A program made the translations under genes and the position numbers. The notes below the pieces were generated by a model. It searched no databases and was not told where the DNA came from. It saw only the letters and a list, made by a program, of their open reading frames with translations. Positions 24,815 through 33,728 of a DNA stretch of 50,394 bases are shown in pieces (positions within the stretch are counted from its first letter, which is position 1; each line of letters starts with the position of its first letter). Source of the stretch: an uncultured Candidatus Saccharibacteria bacterium (GTDB lineage: Bacteria > Patescibacteriota > Minisyncoccia > Phycocordibacterales > XYD1-FULL-46-19); contig CAZEAY010000001.1 of the NCBI GenBank assembly GCA_964510655.1, positions 344,330 through 394,723 of the forward strand, read 5' to 3'.

Positions 24815-24840
24815 AGAAAAACCCCGAGAAATGGGGGTTA
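24811..24840 (-). terminator. Terminator ending the tRNA-Thr transcription unit
   Basis: Minus strand: aaccccc atttct cggggtt followed by TTTCTTT, immediately upstream of the pheS -35. Confidence 0.6.
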
Positions 24841-24924
24841 AAAAAAAGAATCGAAGCTTACAGCTTCAGTAGAGCTTTCCCATTTATTCAGATGAGTACA
24901 TCTTCACAAATATGGGAGAAGCTT

Positions 24925-24970
24925 TTCGATTCCTCGGCGCGACTGAAGAAGTTCAGTCGCTCATCGGCTC
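24925..24970 (+). other. Inverted, hairpin-interrupted copy of the 3' 21 nt of tRNA-Thr
   Basis: TTCGATTCCTCG + 25-nt GC hairpin insert (gcgactgaa gaag ttcagtcgc) + CATCGGCTC. This is the reverse complement of tRNA positions 54-73, which lie 18 nt away. Confidence 0.7.
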
Positions 24971-24989
24971 TAAAAAAGCTTCGCTTTTG

Positions 24990-25062
24990 AGCCGATGCGA
25001 GGAATCGAACCCCGGACATGCACTTTACAAAAGTGCCGCTCTACCAACTGAGCTACATCGGC
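24990..25062 (-). tRNA. tRNA-Thr (anticodon UGU), 73 nt, CCA not encoded
   Basis: Manual cloverleaf: acceptor GCCGATG/CATCGGC, D arm GCTC-AGTTGGTA-GAGC, anticodon stem GCACT/AGTGC with loop TTTGTAA, T arm CGGGG-TTCGATT-CCTCG, discriminator U. Confidence 0.9.
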
Positions 25063-25093
25063 AAGATATTACTTTTTAAAAACCTACACAAGA

Positions 25094-25142
25094 CAACTGA
25101 GCCCCGCCCGACCGAATAGATTATTCGGGCAGGTACATCGGC
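25094..25142 (-). other. Direct, hairpin-interrupted copy of tRNA-Thr positions 1-18 in the tRNA leader
   Basis: Minus strand: GCCGATGTA + 31-nt GC-rich hairpin insert + GCTCAGTTG. Lies 31 nt upstream of the real tRNA 5' end. Confidence 0.65.
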
Positions 25143-25212
25143 CTGAAATAATAGTCTAACAAATCAAAACAAAAACCGCAAAAAACTAATTTTGGTTAAT
25201 TTCTACAATAAT

Positions 25213-25599
25213 TTACCCTTGAGACCTAACCTTATCATTGTGGTCCTTGATCTCTCTCAAAAAGAAAGATACTGCCCCTTTCTTACTAATAGCCCCCTTA
25301 CCGTGAACTAAATCGATTACGCGAGAAAATCTTTTTTCTAGTTTAATAGATAATATCTTTATATAAGACGCTCCTTTCTTAAGTAGAGAGAGGGTTTGTA
25401 AAAAAAGGAACTTCACACTATCCCGGCAAATAAGAACAAAAACCACGGCCACCCAATCAATCTTCTCCTGTAAAAAAGAGAACAAAGTTGGCTGTTCAAT
25501 TATTACCACCTTTCCATTCCTTATTGCCATCAAACGAGTACCAACCATGGTACTCATTATTATAAATGACAAGACAGATATACAAATGAAAATGGTCAT
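25213..25599 (-). CDS. Hypothetical membrane protein (128 aa)
   Basis: Two hydrophobic helices and a basic C-terminus. Follows tsf. No family recognised. Confidence 0.5.
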   Translation of the reverse strand: MTIFICISVLSFIIMSTMVGTRLMAIRNGKVVIIEQPTLFSFLQEKIDWVAVVFVLICRDSVKFLFLQTLSLLKKGASYIKILSIKLEKRFSRVIDLVHGKGAISKKGAVSFFLREIKDHNDKVRSQG

Positions 25600-25613
25600 A
25601 ATTTACGATCTAT

Positions 25614-26075
25614 TTACTCAGCCAAAGAAGTGTCAAATCGGACAAAACGGGCAATCTCGATTCTTTCTCCAAACTTTTGAACATGATTTTGAATAAGATC
25701 TTTAATTGTCAACGATGGTTCTTTGATAAACGGCTGTTCTAAGAGTTCTGTAAGATCAACTGGATGCATCGCTGCCACATGCATAGCCAAATCATCAGCT
25801 AGGGCACGAAATTCTGGATTTTTAGCCACGAAGTCTGTTTCGGAATGAATCTGAACCATAGAACCCATATTACCGTTAGAATGAATATAGGCACTTACCT
25901 TACCAGCTCCAAGCGTACGAGAAGACTTTTTGTCTGCAATCGCTGCCCCTTGAGCCTTGAGTGAGGCTAGGGCTTTATCCATATCGCCACCAACTTCTTC
26001 TAAAGCCTTTTTACATTGACCAATAGAAATTCCGGTCCGATCACGCAATTCTTTAATTTGTTCTGTGGTTACCAT
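25614..26075 (-). CDS. tsf: Elongation factor Ts (short 153-aa form)
   Basis: UBA-like N-terminus IKELRDRTGISIGQCKKALEEVGGDMDKALASLKAQG and core ...IHSNGNMGSMVQIHSETDFVAKN. Downstream of rpsB. Confidence 0.9.
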   Translation of the reverse strand: MVTTEQIKELRDRTGISIGQCKKALEEVGGDMDKALASLKAQGAAIADKKSSRTLGAGKVSAYIHSNGNMGSMVQIHSETDFVAKNPEFRALADDLAMHVAAMHPVDLTELLEQPFIKEPSLTIKDLIQNHVQKFGERIEIARFVRFDTSLAE

Positions 26076-26137
26076 ACTAAAGTATTTAAACCTATTAATT
26101 TAATAGACGAATGAAAACCCCTCCCTTTCTCCTTAGA

Positions 26138-26890
26138 TTAGGACTCAGCCTTTACTGCCTCAAGTTTATTTTTAGCAATAGTTTGAGCCAAAGTTTTGCC
26201 CTCTTTATAGGCTTCTTCCAATGCTGCCACGAAAAATTCTACACTGGCTTTAGAGGAATCATTGGCGATAATTGGATATTCAATTTGACGAATATCACAA
26301 TCGGAACTAGCTAAGGCGATAACTGGAATACCAGACTGTTTGGCCTCGGCCACAGCAATTTTTTCAAAATCGGGATCAACTACAAACATCGCTGCTGGAG
26401 CTTTTTCCATATCTTCAAAACCGGAAAAATATTTCTCCATTTTATCACGCTCGATACCAATCATCGTGCGCTCTCTCTTGGTGTAAACATTTAATTCACC
26501 GGCTTTATCTTTTGCTCGGTAATCTTTCATTTTGTCTACCCGAGCCCGAATTTGCTTAAAATTAGTAAAGGTCCCACCAATCCAGCGATCAATAACAAAT
26601 GGCTGACCAATGAAACTGGCATAGTTTTTGATGATACTCTTAGCCTCACTCTTGGTTCCAACAAACAAAACCAATTTACCCTGAGAAGCTAATTCTTTAA
26701 CGAAGTTTTTGGCTTTTTCTAGAGATTCGAGAGATTTTTCTAGATCGATAACGGCAGTCTTATTCTTGAAACCATAGATGAACTCACTAACAGAAGGATG
26801 GCGACGAGAGCGAGAGTAACCAAAATGAGCCCCGATCTTAAATAGGGCCTTCACCTGCTCTTCATTGGTCTTTGAAACGTCTTTTTGCAT
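26138..26890 (-). CDS. rpsB: 30S ribosomal protein S2
   Basis: LFKIGAHFGYSRSRRHPS, VLFVGTK, RWIGGTFTNF, and PVIALASSDCD. ATG 26890 is preferred because the track start 26908 is a TTG upstream of the -10 box. Confidence 0.93.
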   Translation of the reverse strand: MQKDVSKTNEEQVKALFKIGAHFGYSRSRRHPSVSEFIYGFKNKTAVIDLEKSLESLEKAKNFVKELASQGKLVLFVGTKSEAKSIIKNYASFIGQPFVIDRWIGGTFTNFKQIRARVDKMKDYRAKDKAGELNVYTKRERTMIGIERDKMEKYFSGFEDMEKAPAAMFVVDPDFEKIAVAEAKQSGIPVIALASSDCDIRQIEYPIIANDSSKASVEFFVAALEEAYKEGKTLAQTIAKNKLEAVKAES

Positions 26891-26898
26891 ATGGGAGT

Positions 26899-26927
26899 AT
26901 CTTAGCAAGGATTTAGCACTTTGGCAA
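26899..26927 (-). promoter_or_regulatory. rpsB promoter, leaderless geometry
   Basis: TTGCCA (26927-26922), 17 nt, TAAGAT (26904-26899), then 8 nt to ATG 26890. Confidence 0.5.
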
Positions 26928-26937
26928 TGGTAAAATC

Positions 26938-27939
26938 TTAATCCTCTTCACTTTCCCCCTCAAAAGAGCCTGGATTTCCAATTTGCCCCATTTTTTCCTT
27001 TAAAGTCTCAATAACTGGACCCAATTGGCCCTTCATAATCTTCTCTATGCCATGCCAAGATTCCTTAATTCGATGGTCGGTAATACGATCCTGAAGAATA
27101 TTATAAGTGCGAATTTTCTCAGACCGATCAGCTGTCCCAATCTGGCTTTTACGTTCAGCCGACAGTTCACTCGCCTCTTTCGCCTCTTTTTCCATGGCCA
27201 GTTTGGCTACTAAAATATTAAGGGCTTTTTCCTTATTACGCTGCTGGGTTCGCTCGGCCGTACTCTTAACCACCAAGCCAGAGGGTTTGTGGACAATTCG
27301 TACAGCCGTTTCCACTTTATTCACATTTTGACCACCCGCTCCACCAGAACGAGTAGTGGTAATTTCTAAATCAGCTGGACTTATTTTTATATCTTCATAC
27401 TCTCTCAACGGCAAAACAGCCACTGACGCGGTAGAAGTATGGACTCGTCCTTGTTTTTCGGTCGCCGGAATTCTTTGAACCCGATGAACTCCCATCTCAT
27501 ATTTTAGATCGTCATAGGCCCCTTTACCGGAAATTTCAAAAACCGCTTCTTTGTAACCACCCATTTCAGAAATAGAAGAATCGGTTAGATTAAAAGACCA
27601 ACCACGACTTTCACAGTAAAGACGATACATTTCAGCCAAATCCGCCGCAAAAATAGCAGACTCTTCTCCCCCAGCTCCCGCCCTAATCTCTAAGACCATT
27701 TTCTTAATCTCTTCTGGTTTACCTTTTTCTTCTTCCACAATCTCCATTATTTTTTTCAGCAAATCAGCACGCTGAATCTCTAATTCTCTTATTTCTTCTC
27801 CTGCTAATTCAGCCATCGTTTCATCAGCTCCAGCCAATTCTTCATTATTCAAAATTTCTCGAGACAAACGATCATACTCCGTCATTAGATAGGCGGTTTT
27901 CATATTGTCTCGATAAGATTTTAGTTCGTCTTCGTTCAT
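26938..27939 (-). CDS. prfA: Peptide chain release factor 1
   Basis: PAT tripeptide ([14 protein letters not shown]) and GGQ loop ([21 protein letters not shown]). Start ATG 27939 or 27945. TTGTTC-16-TACAAT (27973-27946) lies directly upstream. Confidence 0.93.
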   Translation of the reverse strand: MNEDELKSYRDNMKTAYLMTEYDRLSREILNNEELAGADETMAELAGEEIRELEIQRADLLKKIMEIVEEEKGKPEEIKKMVLEIRAGAGGEESAIFAADLAEMYRLYCESRGWSFNLTDSSISEMGGYKEAVFEISGKGAYDDLKYEMGVHRVQRIPATEKQGRVHTSTASVAVLPLREYEDIKISPADLEITTTRSGGAGGQNVNKVETAVRIVHKPSGLVVKSTAERTQQRNKEKALNILVAKLAMEKEAKEASELSAERKSQIGTADRSEKIRTYNILQDRITDHRIKESWHGIEKIMKGQLGPVIETLKEKMGQIGNPGSFEGESEED

Positions 27940-27995
27940 AGACATATTGTACCCGAACAAGAATAAAGAACAAAGAATGTTGGCATCTGCCCACA

Positions 27996-28022
27996 GAAAA
28001 CTCCGCTATCTGCGGAGTTTTC
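27996..28022 (-). terminator. Hairpin terminator after rpmE
   Basis: gaaaactccgc tatct gcggagttttc, nested inside a longer AGAATAAAGAA-type inverted repeat (27961-28047). Confidence 0.55.
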
Positions 28023-28041
28023 ATTCTTTATTCTAAATTCT

Positions 28042-28296
28042 TTATTCCTTGGAAGTAGTTTTTTTAGTTGTTTTCTTGGCTGGAGCAACCTCTTTAGCCT
28101 TAGCCATACGAGTTTTGAATTTTTCTACCCGTCCAGCCGTATCCATAACTTTTTCCTGTCCAGTAAAGAATGGATGACAAGCACTGCAAATTTCCACCTC
28201 AATCTTTTCACGAGTGGAACCGACTTCAAAAACACTGCCACAAGCACAAGTTACCTTGGCATGTTCGTAAAATTTTGGGTGAATTTCCTTCTTCAT
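28042..28296 (-). CDS. rpmE: 50S ribosomal protein L31 (Zn-ribbon type)
   Basis: [10 protein letters not shown]...CACGS...[11 protein letters not shown]...[12 protein letters not shown] 28296 is preferred over the track start 28323. Confidence 0.93.
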   Translation of the reverse strand: MKKEIHPKFYEHAKVTCACGSVFEVGSTREKIEVEICSACHPFFTGQEKVMDTAGRVEKFKTRMAKAKEVAPAKKTTKKTTSKE

Positions 28297-28305
28297 AGTG
28301 AGGAT

Positions 28306-28334
28306 AATATACCAAATATCCACCTATTATGCAA
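28306..28334 (-). promoter_or_regulatory. rpmE promoter, leaderless geometry
   Basis: TTGCAT (28334-28329), 17 nt, TATATT (28311-28306), then 9 nt to ATG 28296. Confidence 0.5.
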
Positions 28335-28342
28335 GCTTAGAG

Positions 28343-29689
28343 CTAATTGCTCTGCAGATAGTCAATATTAGACTGAATTCTTTCCGCAATCGCCATTACA
28401 CTAGCCGAATAACCTTTGCCGGCCGTCGCCCAACGTGAACCAGCATAGTATTTGCCCGCCGCTCGAGATTCTGAAACATAGGTCCGTTCATCCGCACCCA
28501 AGTCCTTTAGATAAACACTGGTAGCCGCAAAAGCATCCTCCGCATTCCAAGGGTTTGGTGGACGATTACCCGTTACCACCGATACACGATTTTGATACAA
28601 TTCCCAAGTAGAAGGAATGAACTGTGATGGGCCCATCGCCCCTCCATAACCATTGCCCTGAGGACAAGATAGTGGCATAGTTTCTGGAGTAATCCCTAAA
28701 GAATTTACAATTCGCAAGTACGGCTCTATATCTCTTGTTGGCTTCATAATATTCTTCCAACTTTTTGACTCTGGATCACCTGGTCGATTACAAGTACCCA
28801 CGTTCGCCCCTAGATTTGTTTCCTGAGTTAGGATGGCCAAAATAAAAGCTGGTCTAACTCCCGTCCCATTACTAGCTTCTTTGGCATACTCTAAGGCTTT
28901 TTCAAAAGGAATCGCCTTAGAGTCACGCAAAGCAAACAAAGCGCTTAAAATTTCTGATTGTTTCTTTTTTTTCTCCGCTAAAACTTTAGCGTAACCGTTT
29001 TCCTGGTTCTTACTAATCGCCAGAAGATCTTTCTTTTGTTTTTCTAATGTTTGAATCTTCTTAGACTCCGCCTCAATTGCTGCTTTGGCATTTAAGGTAG
29101 CATCACGTTGCCCCTCCAAATTGACCTTTTGTATTTCCGTATCTTTTTTATTAGACCGAATTGAATCAAAAGACTGGTGCAGAGAAGCTTCAATAAAATT
29201 AAAGGCGTTTAAATCAGAAAAAACATCAGACAAATCTGACCCCGATAAAGCCACATCCACCACCGAAGAACTATCCAATTCACGGGTTTTACGCAAAAGC
29301 TCAGCTAAAGAATTTTTTTCTGATTCAATTTTAGAATTTAAGTTACCAATGGTCGCTACTTTTTTAACAATATCAGTTCCCAATCTCTCAATTTGCAACT
29401 GTTTGGCTCGAATATTTAATTTAGCGGTGGCGATTTTATAAGTTAAAACATCAACATCACGCTGAATGCTAGCGGTCTCTTTTTGTTTTCCCTGCAATAA
29501 TTGAGTTTGTTTAGCGATATCTTGTTCAACAATTTTCAGCTCAGCCTGTAGCCTAGCCTGTCTCGCCGCTTCATCCTCAGTTAAAGCTCGAACAAAAACA
29601 GGAAAAGCTAGATAACTAAAAATAATCAGTAAAAAAAATAGACGGCGACTAACAGAGAAAAAAGATGTAGGTAGGAATCCAAAAATCAT
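28343..29689 (-). CDS. Secreted coiled-coil protein with a C-terminal lytic transglycosylase-like domain
   Basis: N-terminal anchor, about 250 aa of heptad-rich sequence, then ILAILTQETNLG (candidate catalytic Glu) and GAMGPSQFIPSTW, typical of SLT/MltB-like murein transglycosylases. TGtTATAAT lies 8 nt before the ATG. Confidence 0.7.
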   Translation of the reverse strand: MIFGFLPTSFFSVSRRLFFLLIIFSYLAFPVFVRALTEDEAARQARLQAELKIVEQDIAKQTQLLQGKQKETASIQRDVDVLTYKIATAKLNIRAKQLQIERLGTDIVKKVATIGNLNSKIESEKNSLAELLRKTRELDSSSVVDVALSGSDLSDVFSDLNAFNFIEASLHQSFDSIRSNKKDTEIQKVNLEGQRDATLNAKAAIEAESKKIQTLEKQKKDLLAISKNQENGYAKVLAEKKKKQSEILSALFALRDSKAIPFEKALEYAKEASNGTGVRPAFILAILTQETNLGANVGTCNRPGDPESKSWKNIMKPTRDIEPYLRIVNSLGITPETMPLSCPQGNGYGGAMGPSQFIPSTWELYQNRVSVVTGNRPPNPWNAEDAFAATSVYLKDLGADERTYVSESRAAGKYYAGSRWATAGKGYSASVMAIAERIQSNIDYLQSN

Positions 29690-29751
29690 ACCGGTTTATT
29701 ATAACAAAACTCCATCATTTTTCATATGGAAAAACCACAACCACCCTTACT

Positions 29752-29780
29752 AAAAAATCCCGCCTCGGCGGGATTTTTTA
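29752..29780 (-). terminator. rplY intrinsic terminator
   Basis: aaaaaatcccgcc tc ggcgggatttttt. Confidence 0.75.
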
Positions 29781-29788
29781 GTAAAATT

Positions 29789-30442
29789 TTATTCTTTAGT
29801 TTCAGTTTCCTCTCCACTCTCTTCTTCCTTACCTTTCTTTTCTACTTCAATAGAAGATAAATCAACTGGAGTTTCTTCTTCCGAGACCTCTTCCCCGGCT
29901 TCAGTGACCGAGACAACAACTTCTTCCAAATCAACTTCCGTAGTAACTCCTGAAGGTAGTTTAATATCAGCCACGGTAATCTTACTATCTAAATCAACTA
30001 AAGAAGATAAATCAACTTCAATTTTATGAGGCAAATCTTTTGGAAGGGCCTCAATCTCTAATTCATGCATAACCTTAACGACGGTAGCAGATAGGGTTTT
30101 GACAGCTGGTGATTCGCCAATGAATTCCAATGGGACATGAACTTGAATAGGCTTATTCTTTTCTACCACCAAAAAATCAGCGTGAATTGGCTCACCAGAC
30201 AATGGATGGAAAGAGATATCGTGAATCAAAGTATCCTTATCTCCAGCTGGAGTAGCCAAAGAAACGATTGTTGACTCACCAGCCTCCTTTAATACTTTTT
30301 TAAAGTCTTTAATCTCAACAAAGTAAGAGCCAGACTCCTCCTTGGCCCCATAAACAGAAATAGGCAGCTTACCTGCCACACGAGCTTCCTGCAAAGCTTT
30401 GCCAAAAGTCTCTCTTGTATTTGCGGTTAATTTAGTTGTCAT
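29789..30442 (-). CDS. rplY: 50S ribosomal protein L25/Ctc with acidic C-terminal tail
   Basis: LTANTRETFGK...GKLPISVYG...IHDISFHPLSGEPIHADF. ATG 30442 is preferred because the track N-terminal extension covers a TATAAT box. Confidence 0.9.
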   Translation of the reverse strand: MTTKLTANTRETFGKALQEARVAGKLPISVYGAKEESGSYFVEIKDFKKVLKEAGESTIVSLATPAGDKDTLIHDISFHPLSGEPIHADFLVVEKNKPIQVHVPLEFIGESPAVKTLSATVVKVMHELEIEALPKDLPHKIEVDLSSLVDLDSKITVADIKLPSGVTTEVDLEEVVVSVTEAGEEVSEEETPVDLSSIEVEKKGKEEESGEETETKE

Positions 30443-30451
30443 AATAGAAGA

Positions 30452-30479
30452 ATTATACACAAAAAAACCAAAATGTCCA
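30452..30479 (-). promoter_or_regulatory. rplY promoter, leaderless geometry
   Basis: TGGACA (30479-30474), 16 nt, TATAAT (30457-30452), then 9 nt to ATG 30442. Confidence 0.5.
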
Positions 30480-30502
30480 GAAAACGCTGGAATTATGGCT
30501 AA

Positions 30503-31369
30503 CTACCGATTATTAAACAGACGCAACCGCCGGTCAACGACCTGTTTCATATTTAAAATAGGCTCCTTAAGGATTTTATAGGGAGCAATTTCTTCCGGAA
30601 ACTCTTGGAGGGAGTGTTTTAATCCACTCTGATAAGCTAAGCGCAGTTCCGTATTAATATGAATAATCGAAATACCAGAAGCAATAGCCGCGGTAAAATC
30701 TTCATCAGAAATGCCCGAACCACCATGTAAAACCAGGGGCACTTCGACCCCAGCCGATAACTCTTTGATTCGATCAACATGCAGACGAGGATTAGGGGAA
30801 TTTTTTAACATCCCGTGGATATTTCCCACAGCTGGAGCCAAGAGATCCACTCCCGTTTCTGAAACAAATCGTTTCGCCTCCTCAACTTTTGTAACAGTAT
30901 CATCGGTCACCGCCGCTAAGTCTGGAAGACCATCCAACATTTTTGAAGAGGTACCAATAAAGCCAAGTTCCCCTTCAACTAAAATATCGGGGTTAACTCC
31001 CTTAGCATAATCCACACACTGTTTTGTTATTCTAATGTTTTCTTCCAAAGACAAGGCACTGCCGTCAAAGATAACAGCATCAAAACCCGCATCCACTACT
31101 TCTTTAACTCGTTCAAAAGAATAGGTATGATCAGCGTTTAGATATATTGGATAATCAAATTGATCTCGGAAAGCCGACACCAAAGCTCGTACTTGTTGGA
31201 TGCCAATAAAATCTCGCTCTCCTTCAGAAACACCGATAATAATTGGAACACCCAATTCTTTGGCAGAACGAAAAATGGCCCACAATCCCTCTAAATTAGA
31301 GATATTAAAATGACCAATCGCCACTTTCTTTTCCTGGGCTTCTTTTATTACCTCAATTAATTTTTTCAT
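30503..31369 (-). CDS. fba: Class II fructose/ketose-bisphosphate aldolase
   Basis: AIGHFNISNLE, LNADHTYS, FDGSALSLEENI, PAVGNIHG, and LVLHGGSG. Confidence 0.9.
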   Translation of the reverse strand: MKKLIEVIKEAQEKKVAIGHFNISNLEGLWAIFRSAKELGVPIIIGVSEGERDFIGIQQVRALVSAFRDQFDYPIYLNADHTYSFERVKEVVDAGFDAVIFDGSALSLEENIRITKQCVDYAKGVNPDILVEGELGFIGTSSKMLDGLPDLAAVTDDTVTKVEEAKRFVSETGVDLLAPAVGNIHGMLKNSPNPRLHVDRIKELSAGVEVPLVLHGGSGISDEDFTAAIASGISIIHINTELRLAYQSGLKHSLQEFPEEIAPYKILKEPILNMKQVVDRRLRLFNNR

Positions 31370-31442
31370 TCTTTATTCTATCTTCTATACGATTTCTGTT
31401 ATAATAATATTATACATCTATAAGAATAAAGAATAAAGAATC

Positions 31443-32447
31443 ATGGATAATCAAGCCAAAAAAGAATTTGATTTAGTTGCCATTGGCGATACAGCCGTAG
31501 ATTGTTTTATTAAATTAAGAGAAGCCAGCCTCTCTTGTGAAATAGACCAAGAGAAATGCCAAATTTGTATGAAATTTGGAGACAAAATACCCTTTGAGGA
31601 AGTTTATGTTCTACCGGGAGTTGGTAATAGTCCCAATGTCTCAGTTGGCGCCTCAAGGTTAGGCTTAAAAACCGCAATCATCACCAATCTCGGTCAAGAC
31701 AAAAACGGAGAAGATAGTACAAATATCTTTACCAAAAATGGAGTGGACACAAACCTAATAAACATCCAGAGTGATAAAAAGACTAACTATCATTATGTTC
31801 TCTGGTACGAAAATGACAGGACTATTTTAATCAAACATGAGGAATATAAATATTCTCTACCAGATTTTGGTTCGCCTGGTTGGGTTTACTTAAGTTCATT
31901 AGGAGAAAATTCTTTAGAATATCACGGAGAAATTATTAAATATTTAAATAATCACCCAGAAATTAAACTAGCTTTCCAACCAGGAACTTTTCAGATGAAA
32001 TTTGGTTACGAGAAAATGAGTGAATTATATAAAAGAAGTGAACTATTCTTCTGCAACAAAGAAGAGGCCCAGAGTATTTTACAAACAAAAGAAAATAGTC
32101 CTAAAATTCTCCTGGAAAAAATCCACGAATTAGGTCCACAGATAGTACTAATCACGGACGCGGAAAAAGGTGCTTATTTATATGAAAATGATCAATGCTG
32201 GAGTATCCCAAGTTTCCCCGATCAAAATCCACCTCTCGAACGCACTGGGGCTGGAGACGCAGCCGCCTCAACCTTTACCGCAGCTATAGCTCTCGGTAAA
32301 ACAGCTAAAGAGGCTCTAGTCTGGTCAATGGCCAATGCTCGTTCGGTTATCAATCAGGTTGGCGCTCAGGCGGGTTTGCTCACCAAAGATGAACTTGAAA
32401 AAACAATCCTCGTAGGACCAAAAGACTACCAACCATTTAAATTATAA
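31443..32447 (+). CDS. PfkB/ribokinase-family carbohydrate kinase
   Basis: N-terminal GD..VD motif (AIGDTAVDCF) and the C-terminal anion-hole motif TGAGDAAASTF. Substrate not assignable by eye. Confidence 0.8.
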   Translation: MDNQAKKEFDLVAIGDTAVDCFIKLREASLSCEIDQEKCQICMKFGDKIPFEEVYVLPGVGNSPNVSVGASRLGLKTAIITNLGQDKNGEDSTNIFTKNGVDTNLINIQSDKKTNYHYVLWYENDRTILIKHEEYKYSLPDFGSPGWVYLSSLGENSLEYHGEIIKYLNNHPEIKLAFQPGTFQMKFGYEKMSELYKRSELFFCNKEEAQSILQTKENSPKILLEKIHELGPQIVLITDAEKGAYLYENDQCWSIPSFPDQNPPLERTGAGDAAASTFTAAIALGKTAKEALVWSMANARSVINQVGAQAGLLTKDELEKTILVGPKDYQPFKL

Positions 32448-32450
32448 TTT

Positions 32451-32478
32451 AAAAAAACCGCCTAGAGGCGGTTTTTTT
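32451..32478. terminator. Bidirectional intrinsic terminator
   Basis: aaaaaaaccgcc taga ggcggttttttt, between convergent genes. Confidence 0.75.
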
Positions 32479-32707
32479 AACCTTCTTTTACTAGTTCAAA
32501 CCGAGTTTTAGTCTCTCCGTTTATCAACACTTCTTCTTGCCACATTGAAAGTGGTCGCACCCAAAATTTTGATAGTTCATTTTCATATAAAGCTTCGTAA
32601 ACAACCAAATCTTCCAGCGTTTCCGAATGTTTAGCCAGAGCAATGATTTTATATTCACCACCTTTTTTGGAATGTTTCCAAATTTGTCCAGGTTTGATTT
32701 CTTGCAT
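32477..32707 (-). CDS. DUF1653-family small protein
   Basis: IWKHSKKGGEYKIIALAKHSETLEDLVVYEALYEN...WVRPLSMW matches the DUF1653 pattern. Confidence 0.75.
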   Translation of the reverse strand: MQEIKPGQIWKHSKKGGEYKIIALAKHSETLEDLVVYEALYENELSKFWVRPLSMWQEEVLINGETKTRFELVKEG

Positions 32708-32708
32708 C

Positions 32709-33728
32709 TTAATTATTTCTGATATGAGCTAACTTATTTTTCTTTGCTAAAACCAATTTTACTTTTTCCACAATCGTTTCTGCGCTTAAACCATAATGTT
32801 CAATAAGTTCGGCTGGTTCGCCAGATTGACCAAAGCGATCATCTACTCCAATAAACTCCATTGGAACCGGAACTTCTTCGGCCAAACATTCCGCCACCGC
32901 ACCGCCCAAACCACCAGCTTGTTGGTGCTCTTCAACGGTCACAATCGCCCCCGCCTGTTTAGCTAAACTAATTAAAGATTTTTTATCCAAAGGCTTAATG
33001 GTGTGCATATTTAGGACTGAGACAGAAATATGTTCATCGGCCAATTTTTTGGCTGCCCGCAAAGCTTGGTAGGTAATAGCACCACAAACCACAATTCCCA
33101 CTTGTGGTTTGTCCGATTCTAATAACAAATTGGCTTTCCCAATTTCAAATGGCGTGTCATCAGTTGTCATGACTGGAGTTTTCTCGCGTGACAAACGAAT
33201 ATAAACTGGGCCCGACGATTTTGCCGCCGCTATGGTAGCCTTCATCGCCTCTACCGCATCACAAGGTACCACGACTGTCATATTTGGTAAAACTCGCATC
33301 AAAGCAATGTCTTCCAAGGCTTGATGTGAACCACCATCAGGTCCGACTGACACCCCGGCGTGATGTCCCGCAATTTTTACATTGCGATCGCCGTAACAAA
33401 TAGTTGTTCGAATTTGCTCCCAGTTACGTCCTGGCGAAAAAGTGGCATAGGAAGAAATAAGGGGAATTTTTCCCATCGCGGCCAGCCCCGAAGCTGCTCC
33501 AGCCATGTTCTGTTCAGCCACGCCGATTTCAAAAAATCTTTCTGGGAATTTCTTAGCAAAAGCATCATTTTTAGTCGACTCCTTTAGATCAGCACATAAG
33601 GCAACCACATTTTTATCTTCTTCTCCGGCAATTAAAAGACCCTCACCAAAACCCTGACGAGTTGGCGCCTGCTCAATCGACACTTCCCACAACTTGGGAT
33701 TTAATTTTTGCTCTGGATTAATCTTCAT
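32709..33728 (-). CDS. Transketolase, C-terminal (pyrimidine-binding) subunit
   Basis: FFEIGVAEQNMAGAASGLA, ATFSPGR, and GPDGGSHQALEDIALMR. Overlaps the N-subunit gene by 11 nt. Confidence 0.9.
   Translation of the reverse strand: MKINPEQKLNPKLWEVSIEQAPTRQGFGEGLLIAGEEDKNVVALCADLKESTKNDAFAKKFPERFFEIGVAEQNMAGAASGLAAMGKIPLISSYATFSPGRNWEQIRTTICYGDRNVKIAGHHAGVSVGPDGGSHQALEDIALMRVLPNMTVVVPCDAVEAMKATIAAAKSSGPVYIRLSREKTPVMTTDDTPFEIGKANLLLESDKPQVGIVVCGAITYQALRAAKKLADEHISVSVLNMHTIKPLDKKSLISLAKQAGAIVTVEEHQQAGGLGGAVAECLAEEVPVPMEFIGVDDRFGQSGEPAELIEHYGLSAETIVEKVKLVLAKKNKLAHIRNN

Noticed and set aside
26118-26134. Strong SD-like purine tract AAGGAGAAAGGGAGGGG (minus strand) right after the rpsB stop
   Set aside because: No start codon lies at a functional distance; the tsf ATG is about 45 nt away. 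The plus-strand ORF starting here is antisense to rpsB. It is possibly a ribosome standby site, but that is unsupported.
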